Of a stretch of 64,000 nt of DNA, positions 1 to 9,591 are shown piece after piece. The stretch lies in IMG/VR virus record IMGVR_UViG_3300029288_000007, positions 27,724-91,723 of that record; one strand, written 5' to 3'. The notes beneath the pieces were generated by a model. It had not been told where the DNA came from. It worked only from the letters and a program-made list of their open reading frames with translations, and made no database searches. This DNA is from a virus. Its lineage: Duplodnaviria; Caudoviricetes. A program made the position numbers and the translations under genes. Each line of letters begins with the position of its first letter. The stretch's first letter is position 1.

Positions 1-34
1 AAAACGTAAATATTTTCTCACGTGGGCAATCCTC

Positions 35-244
35 CTACCTTTTCTTTTTATCGTCAAAGTACCCAGTAAGCGCAAGAAGGCCCAACAAGCCGGTCATCTT
101 TCCTGGATTAAAATAACTGCCAACTCTCTGCTGGGTCAAAGAGCCGGACTTTTTCTCGGGAATTGACGGTTCTTCTTTGGTTTGCCGGGCCATTGCTGCG
201 GCTATTCTTTTTTCTCTGCGGTCTGACTTTTTCCCCATTGTCAA
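35..244 (-). CDS. hypothetical protein
   Basis: Basic 69-aa ORF co-directional with neighbours. Confidence 0.55.
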   Translation of the reverse strand: MTMGKKSDRREKRIAAAMARQTKEEPSIPEKKSGSLTQQRVGSYFNPGKMTGLLGLLALTGYFDDKKKR

Positions 245-248
245 ACCT

Positions 249-533
249 CTAAAATTTCATATAAACATCTTTTGCCGGGAAGGGGAGTCTAAGCCTTTTG
301 CATTCCTTCAAAAATTTCCGGTCAAGGTAATTCGGCTTGCCAATGGTGAAAAGAATTTCAACCGGGCCGCGCTTATGACAGGCCCTTTTATAAGTTCTCC
401 TTGTGGCGACAATGCGCAGGTCGTTACTTAAATACTTTGTTGCTTTCCGCGCTTTATGTTTGATAATGCAACGCGCCAATGCCGGGAAATACTTTGTCAA
501 CGACTCATAATCACAACCATTCGTTTTCTTCAT
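249..533 (-). CDS. hypothetical basic protein
   Basis: 94-aa ORF, GGAGG SD, overlaps upstream gene. Confidence 0.6.
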   Translation of the reverse strand: MKKTNGCDYESLTKYFPALARCIIKHKARKATKYLSNDLRIVATRRTYKRACHKRGPVEILFTIGKPNYLDRKFLKECKRLRLPFPAKDVYMKF

Positions 534-720
534 TTGTCAATTCCTCCTTCAATTCCTTTTCATATTTCTCCTTTGCCTCATTCCAACCTTCAGCAAAGCT
601 TTCATAATAGTTCCCCAATTTCCCTTTTTGATAAGGATTGCATTCCTCCATTATAAGTTCCGGAGAAAAGGCATCTCTTCCTTCCCTGCGGAGTCTTGAT
701 GGCGTTTTATGTCCTTTCAT
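511..720 (-). CDS. hypothetical protein
   Basis: GAGG SD; lies just downstream of promoter motif at 739-748. Confidence 0.6.
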   Translation of the reverse strand: MKGHKTPSRLRREGRDAFSPELIMEECNPYQKGKLGNYYESFAEGWNEAKEKYEKELKEELTNEENEWL

Positions 721-738
721 TGTTTTCCTCTAAACTTA

Positions 739-770
739 ATTATACTCCTGAATAGATAAATCCAAAAGCT
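739..770 (-). promoter_or_regulatory. putative phage promoter (GGAGTATAAT family)
   Basis: TTTTGG-N17-TATAAT with GGAG directly before the -10; same motif recurs at other intergenic sites. Confidence 0.65.
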
Positions 771-788
771 TTTATTTTGGCCCGGGCC

Positions 789-1001
789 TTACCACCAGAA
801 AAGAGAATAAAATATAAAGCCCCAAACGATTAAGTTTGCCAATATGATTGTCTTGATTACTGGGATACCATTTATAAAAATATCCATTCCCCAAGCGGAC
901 TCCCAAAATCCAAAACCGCTCACCGAAATCTCAATGGCTTTAAATTGAAATCTTTTTTTATCCTTCTTTAATAATGGAAGAAATCTCCCCAAGGTCGTCA
1001 T
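789..1001 (-). CDS. small membrane protein
   Basis: C-terminal hydrophobic helix; ATGA overlap with upstream gene. Confidence 0.55.
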   Translation of the reverse strand: MTTLGRFLPLLKKDKKRFQFKAIEISVSGFGFWESAWGMDIFINGIPVIKTIILANLIVWGFIFYSLFWW

Positions 1002-1540
1002 TGCTCTTTCTCCTCATACCATTTTGTTCTTAATAGGTTATGAGTGGCGACGGCGGTAAAGGCCAGATAATCAACGCCCATCCTGCCACCATGTTTTTCT
1101 GATTCATTTAAGTCCCCTCCCTTTTGCGGAACAAAAGCATACAATGACGTTTCCAAAAAAGCGGCGGCAACATATCCCTTTGTAAAATCATGCTGCCTGG
1201 TAGCTGGGAAGGTTGTCAATAATAGCCCAACCGCGTTTTGCATTAAAAAACCGGCCCGGGCAAAACCCTTTCCTTCATTCATGGAATGGCCTTTTTCAAG
1301 GTCTTCAGATAATCCATCTAGTTTAACATCCAACCCTTTACTGGCCGCAAAAACATAATGCCCAGCAGTATGAGCGGCAATAGAAGTGACCGCGCCGAGA
1401 GCAACCATCTTCCAGTCCATCTTTTCAATGGCCTTCATATTTATCCCAAAGAAGTAAAAATCGGTTTGTTCAAAAGTATCAGCCTGAGCATTTAAAGACA
1501 AAAACAAAACAAACATTACTGCCAATAATAATTTTTTCAT
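998..1540 (-). CDS. exported/membrane protein
   Basis: Signal peptide MKKLLLAVMFVLFLSLNAQA plus several hydrophobic segments. Confidence 0.65.
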   Translation of the reverse strand: MKKLLLAVMFVLFLSLNAQADTFEQTDFYFFGINMKAIEKMDWKMVALGAVTSIAAHTAGHYVFAASKGLDVKLDGLSEDLEKGHSMNEGKGFARAGFLMQNAVGLLLTTFPATRQHDFTKGYVAAAFLETSLYAFVPQKGGDLNESEKHGGRMGVDYLAFTAVATHNLLRTKWYEEKEQ

Positions 1541-1554
1541 TTCTTGTTCTCCTT

Positions 1555-2094
1555 TTACCTTGCTATCTTTTTTGGTTCTACAAAATTATCATTCAAAAGA
1601 AACTTTGCGTTCATGATTCTCAAATCAGCCATGTTGTCAACATCCGTAACCAATTTGTCCAGAACAGCGTTACTTCCAATCTGAATCTTCATGATAATGG
1701 TATCTTTGCAAGCTTCCAGGTTGGCAACCGCAGCTTCATATTCCGCCATTTCCCGGTTATACTTTTCCAGGGCAACAACATATCCCGGAGGAAGAACAAA
1801 AATACTTTCCGCCTTTAAAGTAACCGTAAAATCATGGCGAGTCCTTCTTTGCCTTCTGTAATTATACTCTTCATCCTCGCTGACAAGCGCATCCTTTGGG
1901 CCAAAATCCAGAACCTTCTTTTTGATTTGAGCCTTTAATTCCTCAATGTCAACGTACCGGATTGAATCATCCAACACGGCGGCAACCAAATAATTATTCA
2001 AAGATGGCCGAACTGGCTCTTTCAATTTATCTGCTTGTTTTTCAAAAGTCCTTTCAACTTGCGCAATCAAGAATTTTCTCTGGTCCTGATTCAT
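1555..2094 (-). CDS. hypothetical protein
   Basis: 179-aa ORF with SD. Confidence 0.7.
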   Translation of the reverse strand: MNQDQRKFLIAQVERTFEKQADKLKEPVRPSLNNYLVAAVLDDSIRYVDIEELKAQIKKKVLDFGPKDALVSEDEEYNYRRQRRTRHDFTVTLKAESIFVLPPGYVVALEKYNREMAEYEAAVANLEACKDTIIMKIQIGSNAVLDKLVTDVDNMADLRIMNAKFLLNDNFVEPKKIAR

Positions 2095-2250
2095 TTTCCT
2101 TCCCCTTTCAAAGCATCGTCGAGCTCATTTTTTAAAAGCTCTACAATAAGATTTTCTACCTCAAACAAAAAAAACATGATAAGATTTTGTTTGAGAAAGT
2201 TCTTCAATCCTTATCATGGCTTCAATTTTCTTGTCTTCGTCTTCGCTCAT
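2091..2250 (-). pseudogene. small gene apparently frameshifted at a T8 run (or assembly indel)
   Basis: ATG at 2250; one extra base in T8 (2167-2174) separates MSEDEDKK...HV from ...FLFEVENL...GEGK, which ends in an ATGA overlap. Confidence 0.35.
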
Positions 2251-2262
2251 TCCATCCCCTTT

Positions 2263-2451
2263 TTACAATTCCAATTTTAATTTAACAGCGTAAATTTCCC
2301 CGGGAGGCTGTTTTCCAATAATCTCGCGTCTGCCTATTTTCAAATCGGCGACCCTCAACCCGGTTGCCAGTTCCAGCCCGAATAAAATGTTGAAAATTTG
2401 CTCTTCCGCATTTTCTTTTAATTCAAAAGCTGCTTTTATTTCCATTTGCAT
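2263..2451 (-). CDS. hypothetical protein
   Basis: 62-aa ORF downstream of promoter motif. Confidence 0.6.
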   Translation of the reverse strand: MQMEIKAAFELKENAEEQIFNILFGLELATGLRVADLKIGRREIIGKQPPGEIYAVKLKLEL

Positions 2452-2467
2452 TTCCTTCCTTAAACTT

Positions 2468-2498
2468 ATTATACTCCCAAATGCATTTTATCAAAAAT
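2468..2498 (-). promoter_or_regulatory. putative phage promoter (GGAGTATAAT family)
   Basis: TTTTGA-N17-TATAAT with GGGAG before the -10. Confidence 0.65.
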
Positions 2499-3169
2499 TA
2501 ATTTTCATACCGGCCAATTTCTTCTGGAGAAATTTTCAACCCCCAAAAATCATCACTGCAACCTAATCTATATTGAGGATTGTAAACAATTCTGTTTATT
2601 CTTTTCCATGTAAACCAAAGCATGGCCTGAAGTTGATTTGGTATCAGCCCATTCCGCCGGGCTACCTTTTTAAAATCATTCGCAATGATATCATACTGGC
2701 CGCTCTTTACCATGGCTGCTTTCATATTTCTAGCTTTGCCAAACCAGATATTATGCATGTGGCCATCAATGGTGATATACTGTTTGTCTTTTGGAGCAAG
2801 GATAGAACAATAAAAATTCCTTATCTTTGGCCCTTTTGTTTCCACAAGGAAATCCTTATTACCAACCACATAATCGTAGGCCCGGTGAAGACAGTGCCGG
2901 TATGTGCTTGTCTTGATTTTGTTGAGTGGCGTTCCCGCATTTATCCCATAAAGTAAGGTTGCTGTTGACTTTAAATTTCCTTTGTAATCATTGTTTGGAG
3001 ATAATGAAACAAATGCAGCAACCGTCTGGACAAACCCAGTTCTGTAATAATCAGCAATGCTTTTCATTAAGTCATGATAATTCTGATAAGCAACAAGACC
3101 TTCTTTTCTGTCTGTCGCGTCAACTTTAGCCAAAACATTTTCTATGTTTGTAATATTGTCTTGCATCAA
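2498..3169 (-). CDS. helical DNA-glycosylase-like phage protein (DUF7178-like)
   Basis: Motifs SLSPNN, GPKIRNFY, ITIDGHM, PNQLQAMLW resemble phage HhH-GPD-fold proteins; promoter variant GGAGTAAGAT at 3184-3193. Confidence 0.5.
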   Translation of the reverse strand: MMQDNITNIENVLAKVDATDRKEGLVAYQNYHDLMKSIADYYRTGFVQTVAAFVSLSPNNDYKGNLKSTATLLYGINAGTPLNKIKTSTYRHCLHRAYDYVVGNKDFLVETKGPKIRNFYCSILAPKDKQYITIDGHMHNIWFGKARNMKAAMVKSGQYDIIANDFKKVARRNGLIPNQLQAMLWFTWKRINRIVYNPQYRLGCSDDFWGLKISPEEIGRYEN

Positions 3170-3218
3170 ATCCCCTTGCTTTTATCTTACTCCTAAAAAC
3201 ATTATTTCCGCAAAATAT

Positions 3219-4706
3219 TTATGTTCCCCTGACAGAAACCATCCCAGCCTCAATCTTGCGGACTGGATATTCTCTATGAATGTAATACCCAACGCTGTCT
3301 GTCAAATGACTCAATTCAGGATTCTTCTTTTTGTCAATTTCCCCAGAACCACCTTCAACCAATTGCACGCCTTCAAAATCCTTGGCAGTGTACTTTGCTT
3401 TACGTGGGTCAACCATCAACCTGATTTTCCCTGATAATGTTAACAGACGAGAATTGACAGAATTTACTCTGTCGCGCTCGGATGGATTAGCAGCCGGAAC
3501 ATTGAAGAAAACCCTTTCCTGACCATAATGATTGTACAAAATCTTTTTGACCAAATCCCAATCTGTACCAGCAATACCAGAAGTCTTTTTTGCTCCGCCG
3601 GTGGCATCTCCATAAACCATTATTCTCCCGCGATGACTTCCCCAATCAGAAATTAGTTTTTTGCAAACCATTGGGGTGTTGCTATTCCTTGGAATATAAA
3701 CTTCTCCAATGATGCCTGTTATTGTTTCCCCTATCAAGGGCATCTTGGTTCCAATATCATAAACCTGTTTTTCCTGTAAAACAACGGCCACGCCCGGGGC
3801 CACGTTAAAGTCAAAACAGAAAACCAATGGCTGGTCTGGGTCATAATCAATCCGTGCACAATGCGTTCTATCAAGGTAAGGATAATAAGCGCGACCCTGG
3901 AAATTAACAAAAGAAGCCTCATACTCCTGTTGATAAGTTAATTCATCCAAATCCTTTTTGGCTGCATCAATTTCGCTCGCTGGCAATATGTCTGCGCTTA
4001 TCCACCAGAAGTAATCCCATTCCCCTGAATCGTTTGCCTGAGCCTCTTTTGCTAAATCATAATAATGATTGCGGCCCTCTGGCACCCCTATTAAATCGCA
4101 CCATCCCTGCCTATCAGATAATGCAGGCCTGACATTCTGACCCCAAGCCTGTTTTTTCATATTGCCAAATTCATCTAATATTCCGCCATCCCAAGGAGAA
4201 CCTTCAATGCGCTCGGGTTTGTCCATTCCCAATACCTGAATAATAGACCCATTGTAAAAGTAAATGATTAAATCTGATTCGTTTGGCGGCTTTGGTTGAA
4301 CCCATTTTGGGACAAGCCTTTTTAAATCATCCCAGTAAATTCTCTTTGCCTGGTCTCTTGTGGGCGCGGCGGCAAAGAACCGGGCATCGTCAAATCTTGT
4401 TCCTTTCCGGGCCGCGCTAACCAGCTTTCTTTTTGCCAGTTCTGTTTTACCAGAGCGCCGTCCAGCCGGGTTGACGTTGAATCTTGCTGGTTTTGTTATT
4501 AATCTATATTGTTCAGGATGGTAACGAAGGAATGTCCATCTGCTTGTTAAAAACTCATATTTCTGTTCTGGGAGAACTGGTCGTCGTATATTGGAGGCTG
4601 ACAAGGCTGATTTCTTGTAATGAGGACAATTGGGGTCTTTGGTTTTGCGCCATCTTTCCCTGGCCGCTTCGGAGCGTGTTCTATTTGACATTTGGCGGCT
4701 TCCCAT
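3219..4706 (-). CDS. terL: terminase large subunit
   Basis: Walker A AGRRSGKT, AAPTRDQAKRI, Walker B GILDEF, nuclease DFNVAP and HLTDSVGY; start may be 4691. Confidence 0.93.
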   Translation of the reverse strand: MGSRQMSNRTRSEAARERWRKTKDPNCPHYKKSALSASNIRRPVLPEQKYEFLTSRWTFLRYHPEQYRLITKPARFNVNPAGRRSGKTELAKRKLVSAARKGTRFDDARFFAAAPTRDQAKRIYWDDLKRLVPKWVQPKPPNESDLIIYFYNGSIIQVLGMDKPERIEGSPWDGGILDEFGNMKKQAWGQNVRPALSDRQGWCDLIGVPEGRNHYYDLAKEAQANDSGEWDYFWWISADILPASEIDAAKKDLDELTYQQEYEASFVNFQGRAYYPYLDRTHCARIDYDPDQPLVFCFDFNVAPGVAVVLQEKQVYDIGTKMPLIGETITGIIGEVYIPRNSNTPMVCKKLISDWGSHRGRIMVYGDATGGAKKTSGIAGTDWDLVKKILYNHYGQERVFFNVPAANPSERDRVNSVNSRLLTLSGKIRLMVDPRKAKYTAKDFEGVQLVEGGSGEIDKKKNPELSHLTDSVGYYIHREYPVRKIEAGMVSVRGT

Positions 4707-5304
4707 AAGTGGATTCTATTTCTCTGCCCATTGCAGCAATCTTGCGCGCCATTTCTCCTTCATCAATATTTTTATTTCCTTCCCAGAACATTCCTAAGTG
4801 GCGACCAACATCCACCAATGCACTCTTTTTATCATACGTTTTGAACTTTAAACCAATCCCATACATCCCAGGTTTTACTTCAATTTCAGAAATAACTGCA
4901 GTTTGCTCCCTAGTTAATTCATTAAAGGGTTTAAGTATAAAGTGATTGCCATCCCAGTTTGCAATGTCTTTTATATTTTGAAATCCGATTAATGCTAATT
5001 CCTTTAGCACCGCTTCTTGTGTTATTTCTGTTCGGGCCGCACGTTCCTCCATCTTTTCTTTTATCATTTGTTGAACGTCTGGGCGATTATAAGCGCGGTT
5101 TGCTTCTGCATTATCTACCCTTGTGTTGCCAGTGATAAACCCGCAGCGTTCCCATGCCCGATGAATATCCAGGTCAATTATATATTCGTCCACAAAGCGC
5201 TTGGCTTTAAAGTATTTTCTCTGCTTGTTTAGTTTGGCAATAACGCCCGGTTTTAATATTTCATCCTGGGGTTTTTGGCTTGAATTCTCGCGTTCGATTT
5301 TCAT
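4681..5304 (-). CDS. terS: terminase small subunit
   Basis: RFVDEYIIDLD...ITQEAVLKELALIGF...DKKSALVDVGRHLGMF; directly upstream of terL. Confidence 0.9.
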   Translation of the reverse strand: MKIERENSSQKPQDEILKPGVIAKLNKQRKYFKAKRFVDEYIIDLDIHRAWERCGFITGNTRVDNAEANRAYNRPDVQQMIKEKMEERAARTEITQEAVLKELALIGFQNIKDIANWDGNHFILKPFNELTREQTAVISEIEVKPGMYGIGLKFKTYDKKSALVDVGRHLGMFWEGNKNIDEGEMARKIAAMGREIESTYGKPPNVK

Positions 5305-5335
5305 AAGGGCAAATTTAACCGAAATTTGCCCTTAT
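5303..5335 (-). promoter_or_regulatory. 14-bp perfect hairpin covering the terS translation start
   Basis: ATAAGGGCAAATTT-aaccg-AAATTTGCCCTTAT includes the first two bases of the ATG. Confidence 0.55.
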
Positions 5336-5424
5336 TTAAAGATATTTTTTTACAATTTGATTATTTTGTATGCGAATTGTTCGTTTTTTAGAAAGATTTA
5401 TTTCAATAAACCATTACATCGCTT

Positions 5425-5640
5425 TTATTCGCCCTTCAAAAACCTATTAATGATTTCCGTATCTCTTGGCGCCGGTTCCAAACCTAAACTCAATGATTTG
5501 CCATAGCATTCATAGTTCCCTTCATTCATTTTGACAAATCCTGCTGATGTAATTCGGCCAGGAAGATTCTCAAACTCATTATGAGGCAAATCATCATCGA
5601 AAATAACCGGTCTGAAATGATTAACCATTACATATTTCAT
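5425..5640 (-). CDS. hypothetical protein
   Basis: SAGFV...CYGKSLSLGL motif typical of small phage proteins. Confidence 0.7.
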   Translation of the reverse strand: MKYVMVNHFRPVIFDDDLPHNEFENLPGRITSAGFVKMNEGNYECYGKSLSLGLEPAPRDTEIINRFLKGE

Positions 5641-5641
5641 A

Positions 5642-6046
5642 TCAACTAACCTTTCTCAATTCATCATCCGCTTTTCTTAAAGCAATATTGATATCTTCAA
5701 TTTTGTCGTTCAATAAACTCTTTTGTCTGATTTTCCTGTATTTAAAGGATTCCAGCGCTTCTTTAATGGTTGGGCAAGCATATCTTTTTGTGGCGTCCCT
5801 CAACACAAATCTTTTAACAGGCGTTAAATTTCCTTCTACTACATAACCATCCCAGCCTAGTATTATCCAAGTGCCTTTTGGAGTATGTTTCAACACTTCA
5901 TATTTTTGTTGATAAAGAGTTATGCCATGGCCGGGATAAGGATTGCCCCACTCATCGCAACCTTTTGATACTCTGAAATAATCATACCGATAAAAATATT
6001 CTTTCATTTCCCCTCTTTGTTTATCTTTTGTAATCTTCTGACCCAT
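5642..6046 (-). CDS. hypothetical protein
   Basis: KRYACPTIKEALESF motif; probable start 6007. Confidence 0.7.
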   Translation of the reverse strand: MGQKITKDKQRGEMKEYFYRYDYFRVSKGCDEWGNPYPGHGITLYQQKYEVLKHTPKGTWIILGWDGYVVEGNLTPVKRFVLRDATKRYACPTIKEALESFKYRKIRQKSLLNDKIEDINIALRKADDELRKVS

Positions 6047-6371
6047 CCCCGGTTTTCCTAACAGGGACTCCCTTTGATTTAAACAACTCTTCTAAATAAT
6101 CAGCAAAGTCTGAGCCGTGGAAGCTGAATTGCCTTTTGCTGGTTATTAATTGCCAGGCAAACCGGCCATTGTGAAGAATGATTTCTTCTCCCTTTATTTC
6201 TAGTTTGACTGTTTCATCCTTATGTTCAATTGTTCGGTCTCCTTCTTCTCGTAGAACGGTGCCGCATTCCGGACACCATACCTTAGCATAAGGATGGCGA
6301 AAGGTATTGGTAGCGCTTCCACAGTTTGGGCATTTCCATAAATTCATGTATTTCATTTTACGTCTCTCCAA
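6021..6371 (-). CDS. zinc-ribbon protein
   Basis: CPNC...CPEC. Confidence 0.6.
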   Translation of the reverse strand: MERRKMKYMNLWKCPNCGSATNTFRHPYAKVWCPECGTVLREEGDRTIEHKDETVKLEIKGEEIILHNGRFAWQLITSKRQFSFHGSDFADYLEELFKSKGVPVRKTGDGSEDYKR

Positions 6372-6640
6372 TACTTATCATCTTGCCTGCATTTAATTGC
6401 TTTTCTTTCCTCATACTCTTTCCAAGCATAATTCTTTGCTTCTACTTCAAAGCGGAAAGTATCCCTGCAGAAATGCCCCTCTTCGCACACCCTGTACCTA
6501 TTGAGGCATTCGCTATACTCTATCTTAAAACCTTCGGGAACTCCATTCCTCCAAGGGATAATATCCAAACACCACAGAACCATCAATATCGACAAGAACA
6601 AATACAAAAGTCCCCAACCTATAATTTTCTTGTTTTTCAT
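6353..6640 (-). CDS. membrane-anchored hypothetical protein
   Basis: N-terminal TM helix. Confidence 0.6.
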   Translation of the reverse strand: MKNKKIIGWGLLYLFLSILMVLWCLDIIPWRNGVPEGFKIEYSECLNRYRVCEEGHFCRDTFRFEVEAKNYAWKEYEERKAIKCRQDDKYWRDVK

Positions 6641-6671
6641 CCTATTTCCCCTTTTTTCTTTGTTGATATAG

Positions 6672-7052
6672 TTAATGTGAACATTTTATCACTCCTTCCC
6701 TTATCGCCATTGCGACAAGTTTACAAAAGCGTTCTGGAGAGTAGAAGAGCCAATCTTCTAAGCTATCCCATTTCTCATGAGCACCAATCCACTCATCTCT
6801 TACAATGTAACTCTTTTTGAATTTTTTATATTCACTTCTATCCACCAACTTTCTGAAGACGTCCATCATGTCCTTGTCGGTGCAGAAGGTTCGGTTTGTT
6901 TTGTAGCGACTTACTTTTTTACCACAGATAATACACTTTTTGGTTTTATCGACAAACAACGCTGAATGACCGTCAACATCATATTCATGCCAGCACTCAC
7001 CAAGCCACTCGGTCAAGAGTTTGCAATCTTCGGTGGTTAGTTTTTCAGTCAT
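6672..7052 (-). CDS. hypothetical protein (CWH...CxxC)
   Basis: WLGECWHE...CIICG motif; overlaps upstream gene. Confidence 0.65.
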   Translation of the reverse strand: MTEKLTTEDCKLLTEWLGECWHEYDVDGHSALFVDKTKKCIICGKKVSRYKTNRTFCTDKDMMDVFRKLVDRSEYKKFKKSYIVRDEWIGAHEKWDSLEDWLFYSPERFCKLVAMAIREGVIKCSH

Positions 7053-7254
7053 TCATCATCTCCTTGATTAAATCTACAAATTCTTGTTCAGGTATTTTTA
7101 TTGATACAGTATCACCTAAACTTCCGTCTTGTTTTGCAAATCCTCTTACTGATATTTCCACCATAGGCTCTATTGAAGCAACTCTATTTATTGACAAATA
7201 TGGAGGTTTATCTATTGGCGGTGTCCATGCTAGTAAATTTGTTTTTACACTCAT
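7045..7254 (-). CDS. hypothetical protein
   Basis: ATGA-coupled to upstream gene. Confidence 0.6.
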   Translation of the reverse strand: MSVKTNLLAWTPPIDKPPYLSINRVASIEPMVEISVRGFAKQDGSLGDTVSIKIPEQEFVDLIKEMMND

Positions 7255-7664
7255 ATCTCAACTCCTTCCTGATGGCAGAGAGCCATTAGGATTGCTTCGG
7301 TGGACGTGCCATAAAAAGATATTTTTTTAGAATTTTCATAGGTATATAAACATACATTACCTTGATTACCTTCATCAGCTATTCTCCACTTAATCCAATC
7401 CAACATTCCCCACAGTCCTCTTTGGTGATTCTCAGCATCAATGGTTTGAGGAATGAGGATAAATCTTTCAATCTTAGTTGTTTCTATAATATTTATTTTA
7501 TTTGAAAGATGGTAATAAACCAGTTCTTCATCATATTCTATTTTAACTAATAATCTTAATCCATCTCGTGATGAATAAAAATAATCTTCAATTTGGTACT
7601 CTCCCATCGCCTTCTTAATTAAAGGCTGAAGGACAACATACATCTTTAATTCGTTTTCAGTCAT
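7251..7664 (-). CDS. hypothetical protein
   Basis: 137-aa ORF in tightly packed operon. Confidence 0.65.
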   Translation of the reverse strand: MTENELKMYVVLQPLIKKAMGEYQIEDYFYSSRDGLRLLVKIEYDEELVYYHLSNKINIIETTKIERFILIPQTIDAENHQRGLWGMLDWIKWRIADEGNQGNVCLYTYENSKKISFYGTSTEAILMALCHQEGVEI

Positions 7665-7668
7665 GGCT

Positions 7669-9591
7669 CTAATCCCTTCTAATTTTCATTGCCGCTCTTA
7701 ATTTTAACTTGTTAACATGATATTCTTCCGCCGTTAAAAGCATTGGCGCCCATTTTAAATATTCGGCCCGGGTGCGAGGGTCTTGAAAGAATTGCTTAAA
7801 ATCTCCAATTTTGTACGCCGAAACGTTAAACAAATATTTTTCATCAACCGTTAAAGAACAAGGAATAGGATTATCATCGCAATAACGATTATAGGCTCTC
7901 CTTTCCCGCGTCCATTTAAAAATTGCCTTCCTTGTCTTTGTCCATTGAACCATTTTAGAAAGATAGCCCGGCCCGGGGTCTCCATAGGGCCTAAATGTTT
8001 TATGATAAAAAAGTCTTCCGCTATGTCTATGAGAATTTTCCATTCTTGCGTTTTCTCGCTCGGCTTCTTTAACTTCCCAAACTCTTTCCTGACCAATAAC
8101 CATTGAATCAACATTTAAAGACGCGTTGCATTTTCTTCTATAAGCTTCAAAATCAGGTTTTTCTCCGGCATATAAAGCATTACAATCATAAATCAATTCA
8201 ATTGCTTCTTTAAAACCGGCTGGAGTCCAGATTTTATACGGCGGATGAGGATGAAATATTGGAGAACGGTCAAACAAACCTTGAACAATAATGGCAATTC
8301 TATTATACTGCTCAATTTCGTTTTGCAACATTCTTAAACAATCATCAAAATACACGCTGCTCTGGTCAAATGGACGCCAATCTTCAATGTCAAAAGAGTA
8401 ATTATGATATGGATTATGCATCCAATGAGCCTCTGGGTTTTCTTCTGTCCATTTCTGCTCTTTAATTTTTTGCTCTTCATATTCTTTACATCGCTCTTCA
8501 TAATCAGTGAGCGTAATCATTTTGTCTATCCGACCGGCAAAAATTTTAACCATCATCGGTTCGCCCGGGCTATACAACGTATGGTCTGGGAACATCATTT
8601 CGCCAAAATCTAATTCACAATTCAACCGATAAACCTGTTCTCCATTTCTCATATAAAGATAAGTAAATTTATCTGCCTGATTTAACTGAAAATTAATAAA
8701 CTCAGTAGATAATGTTCCGTCACTTTCGCGTTCTTTTGAGTGCCGCCGAATTTGCATTGACACAACGCAGCGAGGGAAAGGCATAATCCTATCTCTATTT
8801 ATTGGTTTTGAAATCCATGCATCAAATTCCGAAATGTTTTTAAATTCCATCCCGCCGTGCTGATAATCTAAAAGGCACTCTTCATCCATATATAAACGGC
8901 GCTGCATTATTCGTAACTTTTCGGCATACGGCGCGGGAGAACCGTCGCTACATTGCGTAATCTCCTCAGTCAAACCCGCATACAACTGAACCGAGAATAT
9001 TTTATTTTCTATTTTAGAAATGGATTTTTTGAACACCTTCATTGTGGCTTCAAGAGTTAAAGTATCAGCAGTCAACCACTTTGACAATTCTTCAGCATGA
9101 GAATCAACTTTTTTAAATAGTTCAGGGAGGGTTTTATCTTTGGCCTTGACCAAATCTTTTTTATATTTTTTCACATTATCCGTGCCAGATAAAACAACAA
9201 GGTCGGTGCTGGAAGCTTTGTCTTCAGGCAATAATTGCTGTTCAGAAACGCCCAGTCTTGCGGTAACTTCCCTGATTTCTTCTAAACAATCCTGAATCCT
9301 ATTTTGATGAAACGAAACGTTGTCCTTAATCACTTTTGCAGAATTAGGTTCAAAAACCAAGGTTTCATAAAACTTATCGAAATGAACTCTTTCTTGGTAA
9401 TAACTCCTATGGCCCGGGGAAGTAATCTGAACATAATTGCTGCCAATTTCCGTAATGCAGCCTAACCATCTTTCTTCTTTGTCGCTTCCATCTTCTTTAT
9501 ACACATACCAATACCACTGGCCCAACGAAACATCGTCAGAGGTAGGAATTTTTGAAATAACAGGCTTTTCTTTTTTAACCAAATCCAACAC
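7669..9591 (-). CDS. large hypothetical protein with coiled-coil segments
   Basis: 640-aa ORF; promoter motif at 9613-9622. Confidence 0.75.
   Translation of the reverse strand: MLDLVKKEKPVISKIPTSDDVSLGQWYWYVYKEDGSDKEERWLGCITEIGSNYVQITSPGHRSYYQERVHFDKFYETLVFEPNSAKVIKDNVSFHQNRIQDCLEEIREVTARLGVSEQQLLPEDKASSTDLVVLSGTDNVKKYKKDLVKAKDKTLPELFKKVDSHAEELSKWLTADTLTLEATMKVFKKSISKIENKIFSVQLYAGLTEEITQCSDGSPAPYAEKLRIMQRRLYMDEECLLDYQHGGMEFKNISEFDAWISKPINRDRIMPFPRCVVSMQIRRHSKERESDGTLSTEFINFQLNQADKFTYLYMRNGEQVYRLNCELDFGEMMFPDHTLYSPGEPMMVKIFAGRIDKMITLTDYEERCKEYEEQKIKEQKWTEENPEAHWMHNPYHNYSFDIEDWRPFDQSSVYFDDCLRMLQNEIEQYNRIAIIVQGLFDRSPIFHPHPPYKIWTPAGFKEAIELIYDCNALYAGEKPDFEAYRRKCNASLNVDSMVIGQERVWEVKEAERENARMENSHRHSGRLFYHKTFRPYGDPGPGYLSKMVQWTKTRKAIFKWTRERRAYNRYCDDNPIPCSLTVDEKYLFNVSAYKIGDFKQFFQDPRTRAEYLKWAPMLLTAEEYHVNKLKLRAAMKIRRD

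Noticed and set aside
1861-1870. GAGTATAAT promoter-like match
   Set aside because: Mid-gene, lacks the full GGAG extension and is far from a gene start
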